Assembly (NCBI GenBank): GCA_017484095.1
Contig: JAFUTU010000008.1
Coordinates: forward strand, 19,271 to 83,270
DNA: 64,000 nucleotides
Direction of reading: 5' to 3'
From: Ruminococcus sp.
Lineage (GTDB): Bacteria > Bacillota > Clostridia > Oscillospirales > Ruminococcaceae
Part shown: piece by piece, positions 26,108 through 34,789 of the stretch
Position numbering within the stretch: position 1 is the first letter of the stretch
Layout: each line of letters starts with the position of its first letter
Translations under genes and position numbers: made by a program
Notes under the pieces: model-generated
The model's input: only the letters and a program-made list of their open reading frames with translations
Told to the model about the DNA's origin: nothing
The model's database searches: none

Positions 26108-29100
26108 ATGTCTGTTTTTCGTATTTATGTTGAAAAGAAGCCTGAGTTTGCAGTTGCTTCAAAGTCTCTGGTAAAGGATATAAAGTCTGCACTGGGACTG
26201 GAACAGATCAAGGATATAAGGGTCATCAACCGCTATGATGCAGAGGGTCTTCCAAGAGAGGACTTTGATCTTGCAGTCCCTGTCGTGTTCTCTGAGCCTG
26301 CTGTAGACAAGACCTATGATAAGCTCCCTCAGATAATTGACGGTGAGACAATGTTCGCAGTTGAGTATCTTCCGGGTCAGTTCGATCAGAGAGCTGATTC
26401 CTGTGCTCAGTGTATATCTCTCCTTACTGGAGGAAAAAGACCGACTGTAAAGTCAGCGACCGTTTATATAGTGTCAGGTAAGCTTTCAGAGGCTGATATT
26501 TCAAAGCTCAAGGGCTATATTATCAACCCTGTAGAGTCAAGAGAAGCGACCCTTGATACCTTCGATACCCTTGACGTAAAGTATGATATCCCTACAGAGG
26601 TAGACAGGGTAGACGGCTTTATCTATTCCACAGAGGATGACCTGAAGCTTATGCTCAGTACCCTCGGACTTGCAATGGACCTTGACGATATCAAGTTTTG
26701 TCAGCAGTATTTCAGAGACGTTGAGAAAAGAAACCCAACTATCACAGAGATCAGAATGATAGATACCTATTGGTCGGATCACTGCCGTCATACAACGTTC
26801 CTGACGATAGTAGACAATGTAGATATAAAGTCTGATTACATAGCTGCTACCTTTAAGGACTATGTAAACACCAGAAAAGACCTCTATGCAGGAAGGGCAG
26901 ACAAGCCTCTTACTCTTATGGATCTTGCGTGCATAGGTGCAAAGCAGCTCAAAAAAGCAGGCCTGCTCAAAGACCTTGACGAGAGCGAGGAGATCAATGC
27001 CTGCTCCGTCAAGATAACAGTTGATGTTGACGGCAAGCCTGAGGACTGGCTCTTGATGTTCAAGAACGAGACCCATAACCACCCGACCGAGATCGAACCC
27101 TTCGGCGGTGCAGCTACCTGTCTCGGCGGCGCTATCAGAGATCCGCTTTCAGGCAGATCATATGTATATCAGGCAATGAGAGTAACAGGAGCCGGCAATC
27201 CTTTGGTGCCTGTTGCCGATACGATAACAGGAAAGCTTCCCCAGAGAAAGATAGTTGTCGGCGCTGCTAACGGATATTCTTCATACGGTAACCAGATAGG
27301 CCTTGCCACAGGCCATGTTAATGAGATATTCCACCCCGGTTATGTTGCAAAGAGAATGGAGATAGGCGCTGTTGTCGGTGCTGCTCCCGAAGCAAATGTC
27401 AGACGTGAAAGACCTGCTCCGGAAGATATAGTTATCCTTCTCGGCGGCAGAACAGGACGTGACGGCTGCGGCGGTGCAACAGGTTCATCTAAGAGCCATA
27501 CTCTGCATTCACTTGAGAGCTGCGGCGCAGAGGTGCAGAAGGGTAATGCTCCCGAAGAAAGAAAACTGCAGAGACTTTTCAGAAATCCCGATGTAACATC
27601 AATGATAAAGCGCTGCAATGATTTCGGCGCAGGCGGAGTTTCGGTCGCTATAGGTGAGCTTGCTGACGGTCTTTCCATAAATCTTGATGCTGTTACCAAG
27701 AAGTATGACGGCCTTGACGGAACCGAGCTCGCAATATCAGAGTCTCAGGAGAGAATGGCTGTAGTTATCGCCAAGAGCGACCTTGAGAAGTTTATGGCGG
27801 AAGCTGCAAAAGAAAACCTTGAAGCAACAATGGTCGCAAGAGTGACCGAAGAGCCCAGACTTGTTATGAACTGGTGCGGCAATACGATAGTTGATCTTTC
27901 AAGAGAGTTCCTTAATTCCAACGGTGCTGAAAAGCATACCGATGTATTTGTCCCCGAGCCTGTTATCGCAAACGACGATAACGGAGACGACAGTGCAGAC
28001 CGCTGGGAGGGTATGATATCTAACCTTAATATCTGCTCGCAGAAGGGTCTTGTCGAGAGGTTTGACTCTACTATCGGCGCAGGTACTGTCCTTATGCCTT
28101 ACGGCGGAAAATATCAGAACACTCCTACTCAGGCAATGGCAGCAAAGATACCCGTATTGAACGGTGAGACAAACACAGCTTCGATAATGGCATGGGGCTA
28201 TAATCCGTTCCTTTCGTCAAAGAGCCCGTATCACGGCGCTATGTCGGCAGTGGTAGAGTCTATCGCCAAGGTCGTTGCAGCAGGCGGAACCTATGAGAAG
28301 TGCTGGCTCACATTCCAGGAGTACTTTGAAAGAACTCAGAATGATCCCGAGCGCTGGGGCAAGCCTATGGCTGCACTGCTCGGTGCGTATAAAGCTCAGA
28401 TTGAGCTCGGCTGCGGTTCTATCGGCGGAAAGGACTCAATGTCGGGAACCTTTGAGGATATCGATGTTCCTCCGACTCTTGTCTCCTTTGCGGTTTCAAC
28501 AGCAGATGTCAATAATATAGTTTCAAATGAATTTAAGCAGGCAGGCTCAAAGGTCATACTCATAAAGCCTGAATATGATGAGAACAAGCTTGTAAAGTTT
28601 GACTCCCTCAGAAACGTGTTTGAGAAGGTCGAGAAGCTTATTTCAGACGGAAAAGTTCTCTCCGCGTGGGCAGTATCCTACGGCGGTGTATCCGAGGCTG
28701 TTTCAAAAATGGCATTCGGCAACAGGATAGGCTTCAAATTCACTGAAAATCTTTCCTCGCTTGAATTGTTCAGGCACTGCTACGGCGCTTTCGTTATTGA
28801 GCTCGCACCCGATGCGGATACTGACGAAAGAGTTATCGGCGAGACCATCGAGGAATATAAGATAATCTCTGACAATTACACGATAGAGCTCTCGAAGCTC
28901 CAGTCTCTCTGGGAGAGTAAGCTTGAGCCTGTATATCCCGTTCATGTGAAGGAGCCCGAGGACAAGCCCGAGACCTATTCTTACAGTGCTTCTGAGAGAA
29001 AGAGCCCTGCGATAAAGGTCGCAAAGCCTAAAGTTCTCATACCTGTGTTCCCGGGAACCAACTGCGAGTATGATACCGCTAAGGTGTTCGAGAGAGCAGG

Positions 29101-29821
29101 TGCAGAGGCAGACATCTTCGTTATCAGAAACCTCACTCAGAGCGCTATCGGCGAGTCTGTAGAGGAAATGGAAAAGAAGATCAAGCAGTCTCAGATAGTT
29201 ATGCTGCCGGGCGGTTTCAGCGGCGGTGATGAGCCTGACGGAAGCGGCAAGTTCATCGTATCCTTCCTGAGAAATCCCCGCCTTACAGATGCTATACATG
29301 ATCTTCTCAAAAACAGAGACGGTCTTATGCTCGGTATCTGTAACGGTTTCCAGGCGCTTGTAAAGCTTGGCCTTGTTCCTTACGGCGAGATCAGAGATAT
29401 GAGACCTGATTCGCCTACGTTGACCTTCAACACAATAGCAAGGCATCAGTCTAAGCTTGTTAATACCAGGGTTTCTTCTAACAAGAGCCCGTGGCTTGCA
29501 GGCTGTGAGGTCGGTGATATCCACTCTATCGCTATTTCTCACGGTGAAGGCAGATTTGTAGCGACAGCCGATGAGATAGCAGAGCTTGCAAAGAACGGTC
29601 AGATCGCAACTCAGTATGTAGATTTTGACGGCGAGCCCACCTATGATATCCACTGCAACCCGAACACATCTGTTCAGGCTATCGAGGGTATCACCTCGCC
29701 CGACGGCAGGGTCCTCGGTAAGATGGGTCACTCTGAGCGTATAGGCTACGGCGTTTATAAGAATGTTCCAGGTGTAAAGGATCAGAAGATATTCGAGAGC
29801 GGCGTGGCATATTTCAAATAA
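26108..29821 (+). CDS. purL: phosphoribosylformylglycinamidine synthase, single-chain large form
   Basis: 1237 aa comprising an N-terminal PurS-like region, FGAM synthetase domains and a C-terminal triad glutaminase (LGICNGFQAL, SHGEGRF). Confidence 0.95.
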   Translation: MSVFRIYVEKKPEFAVASKSLVKDIKSALGLEQIKDIRVINRYDAEGLPREDFDLAVPVVFSEPAVDKTYDKLPQIIDGETMFAVEYLPGQFDQRADSCAQCISLLTGGKRPTVKSATVYIVSGKLSEADISKLKGYIINPVESREATLDTFDTLDVKYDIPTEVDRVDGFIYSTEDDLKLMLSTLGLAMDLDDIKFCQQYFRDVEKRNPTITEIRMIDTYWSDHCRHTTFLTIVDNVDIKSDYIAATFKDYVNTRKDLYAGRADKPLTLMDLACIGAKQLKKAGLLKDLDESEEINACSVKITVDVDGKPEDWLLMFKNETHNHPTEIEPFGGAATCLGGAIRDPLSGRSYVYQAMRVTGAGNPLVPVADTITGKLPQRKIVVGAANGYSSYGNQIGLATGHVNEIFHPGYVAKRMEIGAVVGAAPEANVRRERPAPEDIVILLGGRTGRDGCGGATGSSKSHTLHSLESCGAEVQKGNAPEERKLQRLFRNPDVTSMIKRCNDFGAGGVSVAIGELADGLSINLDAVTKKYDGLDGTELAISESQERMAVVIAKSDLEKFMAEAAKENLEATMVARVTEEPRLVMNWCGNTIVDLSREFLNSNGAEKHTDVFVPEPVIANDDNGDDSADRWEGMISNLNICSQKGLVERFDSTIGAGTVLMPYGGKYQNTPTQAMAAKIPVLNGETNTASIMAWGYNPFLSSKSPYHGAMSAVVESIAKVVAAGGTYEKCWLTFQEYFERTQNDPERWGKPMAALLGAYKAQIELGCGSIGGKDSMSGTFEDIDVPPTLVSFAVSTADVNNIVSNEFKQAGSKVILIKPEYDENKLVKFDSLRNVFEKVEKLISDGKVLSAWAVSYGGVSEAVSKMAFGNRIGFKFTENLSSLELFRHCYGAFVIELAPDADTDERVIGETIEEYKIISDNYTIELSKLQSLWESKLEPVYPVHVKEPEDKPETYSYSASERKSPAIKVAKPKVLIPVFPGTNCEYDTAKVFERAGAEADIFVIRNLTQSAIGESVEEMEKKIKQSQIVMLPGGFSGGDEPDGSGKFIVSFLRNPRLTDAIHDLLKNRDGLMLGICNGFQALVKLGLVPYGEIRDMRPDSPTLTFNTIARHQSKLVNTRVSSNKSPWLAGCEVGDIHSIAISHGEGRFVATADEIAELAKNGQIATQYVDFDGEPTYDIHCNPNTSVQAIEGITSPDGRVLGKMGHSERIGYGVYKNVPGVKDQKIFESGVAYFK

Positions 29822-29825
29822 TTCG

Positions 29826-29858
29826 ATCTCCCGAAGTTTTGCGCTTCGGGAGATTTTT
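29826..29858 (+). terminator. purL terminator
   Basis: ATCTCCCGAAG-TTTTGCG-CTTCGGGAGAT followed by TTTT. Confidence 0.75.
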
Positions 29859-29860
29859 AC

Positions 29861-29889
29861 TTTACATCTGTGAAATAATATGTTATAAT
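29861..29889 (+). promoter_or_regulatory. promoter of the second HPr-like gene
   Basis: TTTACA, 17 nt, TATAAT, with an extended -10 TGT. Confidence 0.5.
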
Positions 29890-29921
29890 ATAATCAGTAA
29901 ATGACGGAAGGAGAGACGTTT

Positions 29922-30191
29922 ATGGAGAACAATACTATCAAGACCAGCAATGACAAGAAAACCGCTATGATAAGGCTGAAAGGCCTTGAACAGATCAGAG
30001 AGTTCGCAGCAGCAGCCGTCGAGCATGATTATGTAATAATACTGCAGTCGGGTAATTATTCTGTCAACGGGAAATCCGTTATGGGTATACTCAGTCTCGA
30101 CCTTTCAGCGCCTGTTGTCCTCGCTGTGGACAGACCGTATGCAGATGAATTTTTTGAAGAGGTAAGCAAATTTATAGTTGACGGGGAGTGA
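29922..30191 (+). CDS. HPr-like protein lacking the His15 site (second copy)
   Basis: ATG 29922 follows GGAAGGAGAG. 89 aa. GKSVMGILSLDLS is retained, and no GxHARPA-type His is present (GLEQIREFAAA). Confidence 0.75.
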   Translation: MENNTIKTSNDKKTAMIRLKGLEQIREFAAAAVEHDYVIILQSGNYSVNGKSVMGILSLDLSAPVVLAVDRPYADEFFEEVSKFIVDGE

Positions 30192-30195
30192 TCTG

Positions 30196-30954
30196 TTGTC
30201 ACTGAGATATGTGCTGCTCATTCTGGAGCTTTGTCTGCTGTTTTTGTTTATTATGCCGCTGCCTGTTGTCTGTGCAGGAAACATCGCAGGTGCAGCAGCG
30301 TCGTCAGTGCTGCTGATACTGACCTATAACAGCAGGCAGTTTATCAGCATTATAAAAAAGCTATGGTCCGTGACTGCAGGCAGGATATCACTGATCGCTA
30401 TAGCAATTATTATCGTGTCAGTAATTGTATATGTGTGCGTGCTGTCAGTGAAGATGTACAGAGCGCAGGAAAACCAGACCGCTGACAGTAAAGTTGTGGT
30501 GGTGCTGGGCTGTAAGGTCAAAGGCACAAGACCCTCTAAAATGCTGAAAAGAAGGCTTGATGCAGCGATCGTTCTTCTGAACAAAGATGAGGATACTATC
30601 TGTATCGTTTCGGGCGGTCAGGGCTGGAACGAAGCTATATCCGAAGCAGAAGCTATGCAGACATATCTGATAGATAACGGCATCTCGCCTGACAGGATCA
30701 TCGCTGAGGATAAGTCTACCAATACCTATGAGAACCTGAAATTCACAAGAGACATTCTTGATGAACGCGGCCTTGGCAGAAACATCACGATAGCGACTGA
30801 CGGCTTTCACGAATACCGTGCTTCACTTATAGCAAAAAAGCTTGACTTTGGTTACGTAAGCTCGTGCCCTGCATATACAAAATTCAGATATCTTCCCACC
30901 TATTGGGTAAGAGAGTGGATAGGACTTACACATTTTTATATTTTCGGAGATTAA
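30196..30954 (+). CDS. DUF218 (YdcF/SanA/ElyC-like) membrane protein
   Basis: Motifs VVVLGCKV...SGGQG...EAEAM...STNTYEN after 3 TM helices. The start is uncertain: TTG 30196 follows GGGGAG by 7 nt and lies 4 nt after the HPr-like stop, while the track uses TTG 30178. Confidence 0.75.
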   Translation: MSLRYVLLILELCLLFLFIMPLPVVCAGNIAGAAASSVLLILTYNSRQFISIIKKLWSVTAGRISLIAIAIIIVSVIVYVCVLSVKMYRAQENQTADSKVVVVLGCKVKGTRPSKMLKRRLDAAIVLLNKDEDTICIVSGGQGWNEAISEAEAMQTYLIDNGISPDRIIAEDKSTNTYENLKFTRDILDERGLGRNITIATDGFHEYRASLIAKKLDFGYVSSCPAYTKFRYLPTYWVREWIGLTHFYIFGD

Positions 30955-30984
30955 AACGGCTGACCTTTTTTGTCAGCCGTTTTT
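30953..30984 (+). terminator. terminator after the DUF218 gene
   Basis: AAAACGGCTGAC-loop-GTCAGCCGTTTT, overlapping the stop codon. Confidence 0.7.
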
Positions 30985-31020
30985 GCGGCAATGCTTAACT
31001 GTATCAATAGAATATGAGCA

Positions 31021-31058
31021 TAAAAATATCCTCCTCTGCATTTGCAGAAGAGGATATT
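31021..31058 (-). terminator. leuA terminator
   Basis: 15-bp imperfect inverted repeat AATATCCTCCTCTGC / GCAGAAGAGGATATT, followed on the - strand by TTTTTA. Confidence 0.65.
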
Positions 31059-31070
31059 GCTGTTTGATCC

Positions 31071-32738
31071 TTATTTGTTAGCAAGCGCATTGTTTATCGC
31101 AGATACCAGAGCCTTAACTGATGAAACTATGATATCCGAATTTCTTCCGCAGCCCCAGAACATCTTACCGTCGCAGCTGATACCAACATAAGATACAGCC
31201 TCAGAGGTAGATTTTCTTTCAAGTGCGTGCTCAGTGTAGATCTCAATGTTAAAGTCTATCGAGATGCCCTGCTTAATAGCGTTTGCAACAGCATCAAGTC
31301 TTCCGTTGCCCTCGGCAGTGAATGACTTTTTCTCGCCGTTTATAACAGCCGTAACAGCTGAGCCGATATGACCCTCAGCCTTCTGAACGTAGTGAGCCTC
31401 TGTTATGTCAACAGGCTCGGCCTTGTTGAGATATTCCTGCTTGAAAATAGCATATACCTCATCGGGCATAAGCTCCTTGTGGCTGTGATCCGATACGCTC
31501 TTGACCTTGTATCCGAGGTCTTCACGCATCTTCTTCGGCAGATCGTATCCGAATTTCTCCTGAAGAATAAATCCAATACCGCCCTTTCCTGACTGTGAAT
31601 TGATACGGATAACATCGCCGTCATACTCTCGTCCGACATCATGCGGATCTATCGGCAGATAAGGAACAGTCCAGAGATTTGAGTTCTTTTCCTTTCTGTA
31701 GTTCATACCCTTTGCGATAGCGTCCTGATGCGAGCCCGAGAATGCTGCGAACACAAGTGCTCCGGAATATGGCTGTCTGTCATAAACTTTCATTCTTGTA
31801 ACTCTTTCATAGAGCTCTATCAGTGACGGCAGATCGGAGAAGTCGAGCTGTGGGTCAACGCCGTGAGTAAACATATTCATAGCAAGCGTTACTATGTCAA
31901 CATTACCTGTCCTTTCGCCGTTCCCGAAGCAGGTACCCTCTATCCTGTCAGCACCTGCGAGCAGTCCGAGCTCACTGTCAGCAACACCGCAGCCTCTGTC
32001 ATTGTGAGGGTGAAGAGATACAATAACGTTCTCTCTGTTGTGAAGTGTCTCACACATATATTCTATCTGCTGTGCATATACGTGAGGCATAGACATCTCG
32101 ACAGTTACAGGCAGATTGATTATTACCTTGCTCTCTGGAGTAGGCTGCCAGATATCGATAACAGCGTTGCAGATATCTCTTGCAAATTCAGGCTCTGTTC
32201 CGGTAAAGCTCTCGGGAGAGTACTCAAAAGTAATGTTTCCCTTGGCATTCTTGCGGTATTCGTTGCAAAGCTCAGCTCCGTCGGTAGCGATCTTTATGAT
32301 CTCCTCTTTTGATTTTCTGAACACCTGCTCTCTCTGAGCAACAGATGTCGAATTGTAGAGGTGAACAACTGCATTTTTCGCACCGTCGATAGCCTCAAAG
32401 GTCTTCTTTATTATGTGCTCTCTTGACTGTGTGAGCACCTGGATAGTAACATCATCAGGGATAAGACCCTGCTCGATCAGTGCACGGCAGAATTCATATT
32501 CAGTTTCCGAAGCGGCAGGGAAGCCTATCTCTATCTCCTTAAATCCTATTTCTACGAGCTTCTTGAAGAATTCGAGCTTCTCCTCAAGGCTCATAGGGAT
32601 TATCAGTGCCTGGTTTCCGTCTCTCAGGTCGACCGAGCACCATATCGGCGCCTTGTCGATATATTCCTTTTCTGCCCATTTCATACACTTAACGGGCGGC
32701 ATAAAGTAACCTCTCTGATACTTGTCAAAATTTTTCAT
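31071..32738 (-). CDS. leuA: 2-isopropylmalate synthase (long LeuA type)
   Basis: 555 aa with VDLRDGNQAL and SLHPHNDRG motifs plus a C-terminal regulatory domain. Preceded by a T-box. Confidence 0.9.
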   Translation of the reverse strand: MKNFDKYQRGYFMPPVKCMKWAEKEYIDKAPIWCSVDLRDGNQALIIPMSLEEKLEFFKKLVEIGFKEIEIGFPAASETEYEFCRALIEQGLIPDDVTIQVLTQSREHIIKKTFEAIDGAKNAVVHLYNSTSVAQREQVFRKSKEEIIKIATDGAELCNEYRKNAKGNITFEYSPESFTGTEPEFARDICNAVIDIWQPTPESKVIINLPVTVEMSMPHVYAQQIEYMCETLHNRENVIVSLHPHNDRGCGVADSELGLLAGADRIEGTCFGNGERTGNVDIVTLAMNMFTHGVDPQLDFSDLPSLIELYERVTRMKVYDRQPYSGALVFAAFSGSHQDAIAKGMNYRKEKNSNLWTVPYLPIDPHDVGREYDGDVIRINSQSGKGGIGFILQEKFGYDLPKKMREDLGYKVKSVSDHSHKELMPDEVYAIFKQEYLNKAEPVDITEAHYVQKAEGHIGSAVTAVINGEKKSFTAEGNGRLDAVANAIKQGISIDFNIEIYTEHALERKSTSEAVSYVGISCDGKMFWGCGRNSDIIVSSVKALVSAINNALANK

Positions 32739-32814
32739 AATGCTTCCTCCTTGGTCAGTATAATTGATCTATCCCATAGTTAAAAGCGTTCCTGTCTTTA
32801 TAAGAGCATTAACA

Positions 32815-33085
32815 AACAAAAAACCCGTCTCCAACAACAGAGACGAGCATAATACCCGTGTTACCACTCTAATTCATGTATAGCTTGCACTATACACCTC
32901 AGCCGCATCTAACAATGCGTATCTCTCTAACGGGAGAACACCGTGCAAAGCTACTCGCTTTCGTTTTCACCCTGCAAGCTCAAGGACGAGTTATAGCGAA
33001 GCCTTCATACCGTTTTGCACCAGACAACGGCTCTCTGAAAATCATGACAGCGCCTTTTTTCCTCTCAAAGCCTTTAAACTATGTT
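32815..33085 (-). promoter_or_regulatory. T-box leader, predicted Leu-specific
   Basis: On the - strand: stem I elements CAGAGAGCC and GGTGCAAAAC; the T-box sequence AATTAGAGTGGTAACACGGG (32855-32874); then the terminator CGTCTC-TGTTGTTG-GAGACG plus TTTTTT. The candidate specifier CUC (32988-32990), or a nearby CUU, are both Leu codons. Confidence 0.8.
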
Positions 33086-33091
33086 AAATCA

Positions 33092-33119
33092 ATTATAACA
33101 TAGTTCTGAGTTTTGTCAA
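33092..33119 (-). promoter_or_regulatory. promoter of the leuA T-box leader
   Basis: On the - strand, TTGACA, 16 nt, TATAAT, with an extended -10 TGT. Confidence 0.5.
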
Positions 33120-33182
33120 GCGTTATTTTTTTACTTTAATATATTATTAACAATTAGTTCTTTAACTGTACTCTCTATCCGA

Positions 33183-33211
33183 TTGACAAAATTTGTTTGA
33201 TAAGCTATAAT
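33183..33211 (+). promoter_or_regulatory. promoter of galT
   Basis: TTGACA, 17 nt, TATAAT. Confidence 0.55.
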
Positions 33212-33244
33212 TAGTGTATGATATTGGTCGAAAGGAGCCCCTGT

Positions 33245-34741
33245 ATGATATATGACAGCATAAAAAAGCTTGTTACCTACGGTATAGAAACAGGCCTTAT
33301 TACCGAGTCTGATAAGGTGTATTGCACGAACAGACTGCTTGAAGCATTATCCCTTGATGATTATGAAGAGCCGGAGGCGGCTTATTCAGATATAGACCTT
33401 GAAAGCACTTTGGCAGAGCTGCTCGACTATGCCTGTGAAAAGGGGCTTTGCGAAAACTCCACTGTTTACAGAGACCTCTTTGATACTAAGCTTATGGGTC
33501 TTCTTACTGCACGGCCTTCAGAGATAGACCGTCAGTTTGCAGAGCATTACAAAAACAGCCCCGAAGATGCTACAGGCTTTTTCTATAAATTCTCTCAGGA
33601 TACCGACTATATCAGGCGTTACCGCATCAAAAAAGATATGCGCTGGGTCAGTGAGACAGAATACGGCGATCTTGACATTACGATTAACCTTTCAAAGCCT
33701 GAAAAGGACCCCAAGGCTATCGCCGCTGCAAAGCTTGCCAAGCAAACGGGTTATCCCAAGTGCCTGCTTTGCTATGAGAACGTCGGTTATGCGGGCAGGG
33801 TGAACTCTCCTGCCAGACAGAACCACCGCATCATATCTGTAACTATTGACGGCGCTGACTGGGGCTTGCAGTATTCGCCCTATGTTTATTACAATGAGCA
33901 CTGTATACTTTTTAACAAAAACCATACCCCTATGGTGATAGATAAGTCAGCATTCAGAAAGCTTTTTGATTTTGTGGGACAGTTCCCGCATTATTTCATC
34001 GGCTCAAATGCTGATCTGCCGATAGTGGGCGGATCGATTCTTTCTCACGAGCATTTCCAGGGCGGCCACTATACCTTTGCTATGGCAAAGGCTCCTGTCG
34101 AAACGCAGCTGAGCTTCAGGGGCTATGAGAATGTTTCGGCAGGTATAGTTAAATGGCCGATGTCTGTTATAAGGCTCAGCAGCACCGACAAGGAAGCTGT
34201 TGTTGATCTTGCTGACAAGATACTGACAGCATGGCGCGGTTATACAGACGAAGCTGCGTTCGTATTTGCAGAGACAGACGGCGAGCCCCATAACACGATA
34301 ACACCGATCGCAAGAATGAGAGACGGGAATTACGAGCTTGATCTCGTTCTGAGAAACAATATAACTACCGAGGAGTATCCTCTCGGTGTTTATCACCCGC
34401 ATCAGGAGCTTCACCACATAAAGAAAGAGAACATAGGACTTATTGAGGTTATGGGTCTGGCAGTTCTGCCTTCAAGGTTAAAGACTGAAATGGCTCTGCT
34501 TGCAGATGCTCTTGTCAGCGGCGGTGATATCAGGTCTGATGAACGGATAAGTTCTCATGCTGACTGGGCCGATGAACTTAAAGCGAAATATGAGTTCACA
34601 GCTGAGAACGTTGATGATATCCTCAGAAGAGAGATAGGTCTGGTCTTCTCAAAGGTGCTTGAGCACGCAGGTGTTTACAAGAGAAACGATGAGGGCAAGG
34701 CTGCTTTCCTGAGATTTGTTGACTATGTAAATAAAAACTAG
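33245..34741 (+). CDS. galT: UDP-glucose--hexose-1-phosphate uridylyltransferase (type 2 GalT)
   Basis: ATG 33245 follows AAAGGAG. About 498 aa, the Firmicute long GalT form, with SHEHFQGGHY. Confidence 0.88.
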   Translation: MIYDSIKKLVTYGIETGLITESDKVYCTNRLLEALSLDDYEEPEAAYSDIDLESTLAELLDYACEKGLCENSTVYRDLFDTKLMGLLTARPSEIDRQFAEHYKNSPEDATGFFYKFSQDTDYIRRYRIKKDMRWVSETEYGDLDITINLSKPEKDPKAIAAAKLAKQTGYPKCLLCYENVGYAGRVNSPARQNHRIISVTIDGADWGLQYSPYVYYNEHCILFNKNHTPMVIDKSAFRKLFDFVGQFPHYFIGSNADLPIVGGSILSHEHFQGGHYTFAMAKAPVETQLSFRGYENVSAGIVKWPMSVIRLSSTDKEAVVDLADKILTAWRGYTDEAAFVFAETDGEPHNTITPIARMRDGNYELDLVLRNNITTEEYPLGVYHPHQELHHIKKENIGLIEVMGLAVLPSRLKTEMALLADALVSGGDIRSDERISSHADWADELKAKYEFTAENVDDILRREIGLVFSKVLEHAGVYKRNDEGKAAFLRFVDYVNKN

Positions 34742-34789
34742 CCTCCCCTGTTCCAAGCAGGGCAAATTAGTCGAGTTGGAGTTGATAAG

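Noticed and set aside
28703-29731. 342-aa minus-strand ORF
   Set aside because: It is antisense to the conserved glutaminase part of purL. The product has no motifs and a composition typical of a mirror-frame artefact.
32876-33103. 75-aa plus-strand ORF upstream of leuA
   Set aside because: It overlaps the T-box leader on the opposite strand, and that RNA element explains the conservation-like structure.
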